A DNA stretch of 64,000 nt from Laetmonice hystrix (taxonomy: Eukaryota). The notes beneath the pieces are model-generated. The model did no database searches and was not told the origin of the DNA. It worked only from the letters and a program-made list of their open reading frames with translations. Location: positions 50,902,001 to 50,966,000 of the forward strand of contig OZ249437.1 of assembly GCA_965235115.1 (NCBI GenBank), in the 5' to 3' direction. The position numbers and the translations under genes were made by a program. Of this stretch, positions 59,215-64,000 are shown piece by piece. Within the stretch, counting starts at the first letter, position 1, and each line of letters begins with the position of its first letter.

Positions 59215-61194
59215 CTTCAGCACAACTTAATCGAATGTTCAAATGGTACCACGAACAACAAACGGTACAAAATGACAATTTCCATGCACTAGATAACGGA
59301 GAATGATACAATTTTATCAGGGAGCCATTTTTCGTCCGGCATTTGCAGCTAAAAAATATCACGACATCCTCAGACTTCGAATATACAAATATATGCTTAT
59401 TATGGGTCCTCTTTGTTGTCGTTGGGGTCGTCGTTTTCGTCGGCGGCAGCGTCGTGAGGGTGTGTGCCGCCGGTGAAACTTTGACGTGGGTTAATATAAA
59501 AATTAATGTTGTAGTGATACGAAATGGTTAACGTTGCTCTCCAATCGACCATCTATACGGCTCCGCCTGGGAGCATGGCACGGCAGACACTGCTTTTGAA
59601 TAGGAATGGCAGCACCCGGCCAGGCGTGTAATTACCGCGACATATCGCGCTAGCAGAGTGGGACTCGACGGAACCGATAGGCCTATCTATAAAAGTTGTG
59701 GCCACTCCAATTAGTTCCTGACAGGTTTCCGTTTTCATGCAGGGAGTACATCCCAGCTTTCCCCCTGTGTACTTAGGATTTAAGGTATTTATGTATTATG
59801 ATACAGACAGTATATTATAAACGTCGTAAACATTTACTATGTTTCAAGTCGTTTTGTTGAAAATCTTAATCTAATGTTAATTAAGTGTCAATCGCACAAG
59901 ATCGACTTTGAACCTGATATCCTTTCTGTGTATATCACAGTGAGAAATACTTTAAAACATAGTAGAAACTATGCCAATTGGGAAGTATCTTTTATTGGCC
60001 ACAGTGGTAAGAGGATTATAGGCTGTAATCTCTGGCAGAATCAGGTATAGATTAATTAGGACCTCATTTTTAGTGACTTCCGGCTTCAAATTCAATCAGA
60101 CCCCTCCAGACTCAGCCCCCCCCCCCCCCCGGGCCAGGTTGGCGTCCCAGCGAGCGTGACGATATAGGCCTACTCTCGCTCGACTCATTAAACATATTCT
60201 AAACGTCATATCTAGTTAATGGATATTGAGAAGATTTTTAAAAATTATTCTATTATTCTACTATTCGATCGAGAATTTGAACTTGAATACTCGTTCGGAA
60301 GGTCTGCAGGCCGGTATTCTTGCATTTTCATAATTGTTAGGATAAAACAATCGCGACATGGAATTTTCTATGTTTAGATTTTATGACTTTTATATAGTCA
60401 TTCAGCCCACAGAGGCTTCCTATCAAAATAATGGATGAACTTTTGAAGGAAAGGAAATACGACTTGTTATACATACAATATTATGTGTAAGGAGACAAAA
60501 GGAGGTCGGACTTTATAGAGAGATGATAATTTATGCGAATTCATTTTCGTAGCGGTTGGGTTTCACCACTTAATAAATGTGTGCTACCTGGCAGTTCACT
60601 ACAAACCCGAGCTAGTCCGGCCACATACAAACTTAATACAGGTTGTAATAATCATAGTATTAATTTTTTATTTCAACTATTATAACTCATATGCAACTGT
60701 GACATCATTAATGTAATATAAATACACCTATCACAGAACGTTCAAGTTCATTTCAAGTTTAAGACTATGCCTTATACAAAGTGTATTAACACAGGTATTT
60801 GGTCAACCCCCGAGTTCTTTAATCAATTGTAATCTTACCTTGTAATCTCTAACACCATGACATTACCTAAGGCTAAGTTTATCAGTCTACTACATCATGA
60901 TCACAATTACTTGATGACAAGCTGGTGTCGCATCCATATGCTCCAGTTAGATCAATAAAACAAACCACTTTAATTAATTGGCAGATTTTTCAGACAGCGT
61001 CAAGATGTTGAGCTTTACCATATTTAGATCTCGAGTAAGCTTACCCCCTATAACCCCGATGATTACTACACGTTAGATAAGATCCGAGATACAATGCTCA
61101 GGATACGGGGGGTAATCTACCTATAGAATACTGAGTAATATATTGGCTGATCACTAAGTCTTTCTGATCACAATTCTGGAGGCTTATCCCCCCA

Positions 61195-61616
61195 TCTACA
61201 AACTGGATTAGTCAACGGTACATGCCAATTCAAAAACACAACAAAAGAGGTATCTACAGCCAACTGGTTTATTCAACGGTGCATGCCAATTCAAAAACAC
61301 AATAAAAGAGGTATCTACAGCCAACTGGTTTATTCAATGGTGCATGCCAATTCAAAAACACAATAAAAGAGGTGTCTACAGCCAACTGGTTTATTTAATG
61401 GTGCATGCCAATTCAAAAACACAATAAAAGAGGTTTCTACAGCCAACTGGTTTATTCAACGGTGCATGCCAATTCAAAAACACAATAAAAGAGGTTTCTA
61501 CAGCCAACTGGTTTATTCAACGGTGCATGCCAATTCAAAAAAACACAATAAAAGAGGTGTCTACAGCCAACTGGTCTATTCAACGGTGCATGCCACAACA
61601 CAATAAAAGAGGTATT
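61195..61616. repeat. 61-bp minisatellite, ~7 copies
   Basis: Unit ctacagccaactggtttattcaacggtgcatgccaattcaaaaacacaataaaagaggtat at 61254, 61315, 61376, 61437, 61498, 61561; degenerate first unit from ~61195. Confidence 0.95.
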
Positions 61617-62532
61617 GCGACGCAATCAAGGGGGCAGATTGACTGCAGCCAGGGGGAAATCGATCACTGAGAAATACAACAAATAAAATCCTATAAATAT
61701 AAATCTGTGATAGCTATATAGTGTGTTACTCCATAGAAGGGACATATTGGACTTGAAATTTACCAATACATTACGACCGGTAATCCGATACTGAAAAATA
61801 ACTGGATTTTGAATAAGCTCTGAAATTAATAGAGGGCTGCCTTTTATACGACACCAAGTTTCGTACCCTCGAACTTTCTGCCTACCGTTTCATCTCTCCT
61901 TTCAATTCTAAATAGGAAAATATTACAGCTTCTTTTAAAAATCCCGGATCGACGTTACCGAATAGCAGATATATATTATCCGAACATCGAAGCAGTCATC
62001 TCCATGATCAAAAATATCTACTTATAGTATTACCAAGATACATACGTATAAAAGTTTAATGTTTTGCGTGTCTCAGTGTCTCGGTATTGCAATCGCAAGT
62101 TTTTAACTTTTAAAATATCACTGAGATGGCATCATGCTGTTTTCAATACAACAATCATGCTGAAAACCAACGTGACAGTAACTCATACTTTCAAGCTGTT
62201 TTTGAGCTGGTTTTCATTTTCGTATGTATACCTCGACAATTCTCAACCTCGACACTCTGCAGTCCGTTTTACATGTCAATTTACTAAAGCTCTATACCAG
62301 ACAGTTACATGATACTGAGTCGGGATAGAATTACTTATTGTGTTGTAGCAATGAACTGATGCCTACAGAAGACAATGTGGCTTTATAATGGCTTATGCAC
62401 CGGCGTCAGTATGCTTGAAAAATAGGTTTTGACCGTAAAACATTAGAAAGCATTGCCAGGAGTGCATCAAACTAACCTAACTGAACTTGTCCTTTAAAAG
62501 ATGTAAAATAATAGAGGATACAGTTTTTAATA

Positions 62533-62830
62533 TAATAATAATAATAATAATTTATTCCATTTATATAGCGCAATTATACATAGAGTTTCTATGCGCTTAA
62601 CAACATAATAAAACACAATCATATTTAAAAAATACTGACCTTTAAAACTTTAAAAAGACTACGATTATAGACACCAAAAAGTTAAAAAATAACAGGCATA
62701 TCACAGCCATGAAGATAATATAGAAGAATTAAAAGATTGACTAATCAAACGCTTCTTTGAATAAAAATGTCTTAAGATGTTTTTTAAAAACTGTTTGGCT
62801 TTGTGAGGCACGCATGTAATTCTCTGAAAG
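62533..62830 (-). mobile_element. 5'-truncated L2-clade LINE 3' end
   Basis: Minus strand reads LSENYMRASQSQTVFKKHLKTFLFKEAFD* (typical L2 ORF2 C-terminus), then the tail TGTTAAGCGCATAG...GCGCTATATAAAT and an (ATT)n end. Confidence 0.75.
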
Positions 62831-64000
62831 TCTTATATATCTATGACGGAACGATCAGAGATTTTATTCTATGCCTTTCTATGGATAGGGATGGAGTGCA
62901 TGCACGTATGTAAAAGATACATGTATGTCGGTAGATAGGTATATAAGTATGTGTGCACGAGAATGTAAGTTACTATGTATGTATGTAATACGTATATAAA
63001 TGACGTATACATATCTACACTATACATGCATGTTAAGGCCCTAGTCCACTGGTCTGTCCTGCCGGCTGATTTTGTTATGGTTGGCCGTAGCGAAATATAA
63101 TGAAGTATGTATCTTCAAATGTATCTCTCCACATATACCTTCTGATTGGTTGATTTAATACAAACATAAATAAGCAATCAAATGTCACTATTTTAATCGA
63201 ATACCTTGAACCCTTTATTTCGCATGTTTTATTAATACGGCCAACCATAACTGTACAACTTAAAAATCGGTCGGTCGATCGGCCGGACCAGGGCCTTATT
63301 AGTAAAGTAGGGCATCCGTGTAATTATACGTAAATGAATAAATGATAAACTAAAAGGCAGAGAAACAAAAGGAGAAATTGAATTACTCAAAGTTACTGAA
63401 AATTCGGAAATCAATAAGGCAAACCAGAAATTGATCATAGATCTGATTCTCTACTGTCGCAGGTTATGGTTCTACTATAGAGATTGTATCTCCCTTCCAC
63501 TGCCGATGAAAGGTTTATGGGTTGAAAGATGGTAGGAGAAGTCTACTGTCACAACAAATCTATATGGCACGAGGTCAAATTCATGAAGCAGTGGTCACCA
63601 CTCTGTAGGCACCAAACCAAACAACGCCCAATAAACTGAGTGTCCCATAAAAAAATATACCAAATTTCCAATAACACGTTCATTTTTCACGGCATAATCT
63701 AATAGTCAAAATCTATGAAGCCATTTAAGTTCTGACAGTTTCATTGCAGCAAGGTTATGCATTGCTCACTGAAATAGCCAAATATTGATGTTATCATTTG
63801 TACTTTATATGACTATATCACTTGCACGTCCATATCAATAATAAATATTTTCGTATCAGGTCAACGATGGTTGATTTACAACCAAAGTGGATATTCTATT
63901 CGCCGTGCTTCTGGATCACGAACGACTAGCCCATTCACATCAGAAGCCAGGCCATAACCTTGCATGCTGAACTGAAATTCACATAACTTTTTAAAAGACT

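Overview
Eukaryotic, intron-rich, AT-rich genomic window, probably from an invertebrate animal. The left part holds a tight four-gene cluster: KTI12 (-, running off the left edge), dUTPase DUT (+), an ISOC1/ISOC2-family isochorismatase gene (-), and a 20-exon gene (+, 11558-44015, about 919 aa). That last gene joins an N-terminal kinesin motor domain to a CCDC78-type coiled coil. The motor keeps its P-loop but has lost the switch I and switch II consensus. Its last exon sits beyond a 23-kb transposon-filled intron and occurs twice, because it lies in a ~7.4-kb tandem duplication (39466-46874 / 46875-54173) whose junction is the TTAA end of a MITE. Three of about 30 reconstructed introns need GC donors (all GCAAGT). 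The rest of the window is repeats: a Tigger/pogo remnant with a nested MITE, TA- and TTAA-flanked MITEs, a RecQ-like helicase remnant, a tRNA-derived SINE, an L2 LINE tail and three minisatellites. All gene models were built by hand from splice signals and remembered family motifs; no database search was run.
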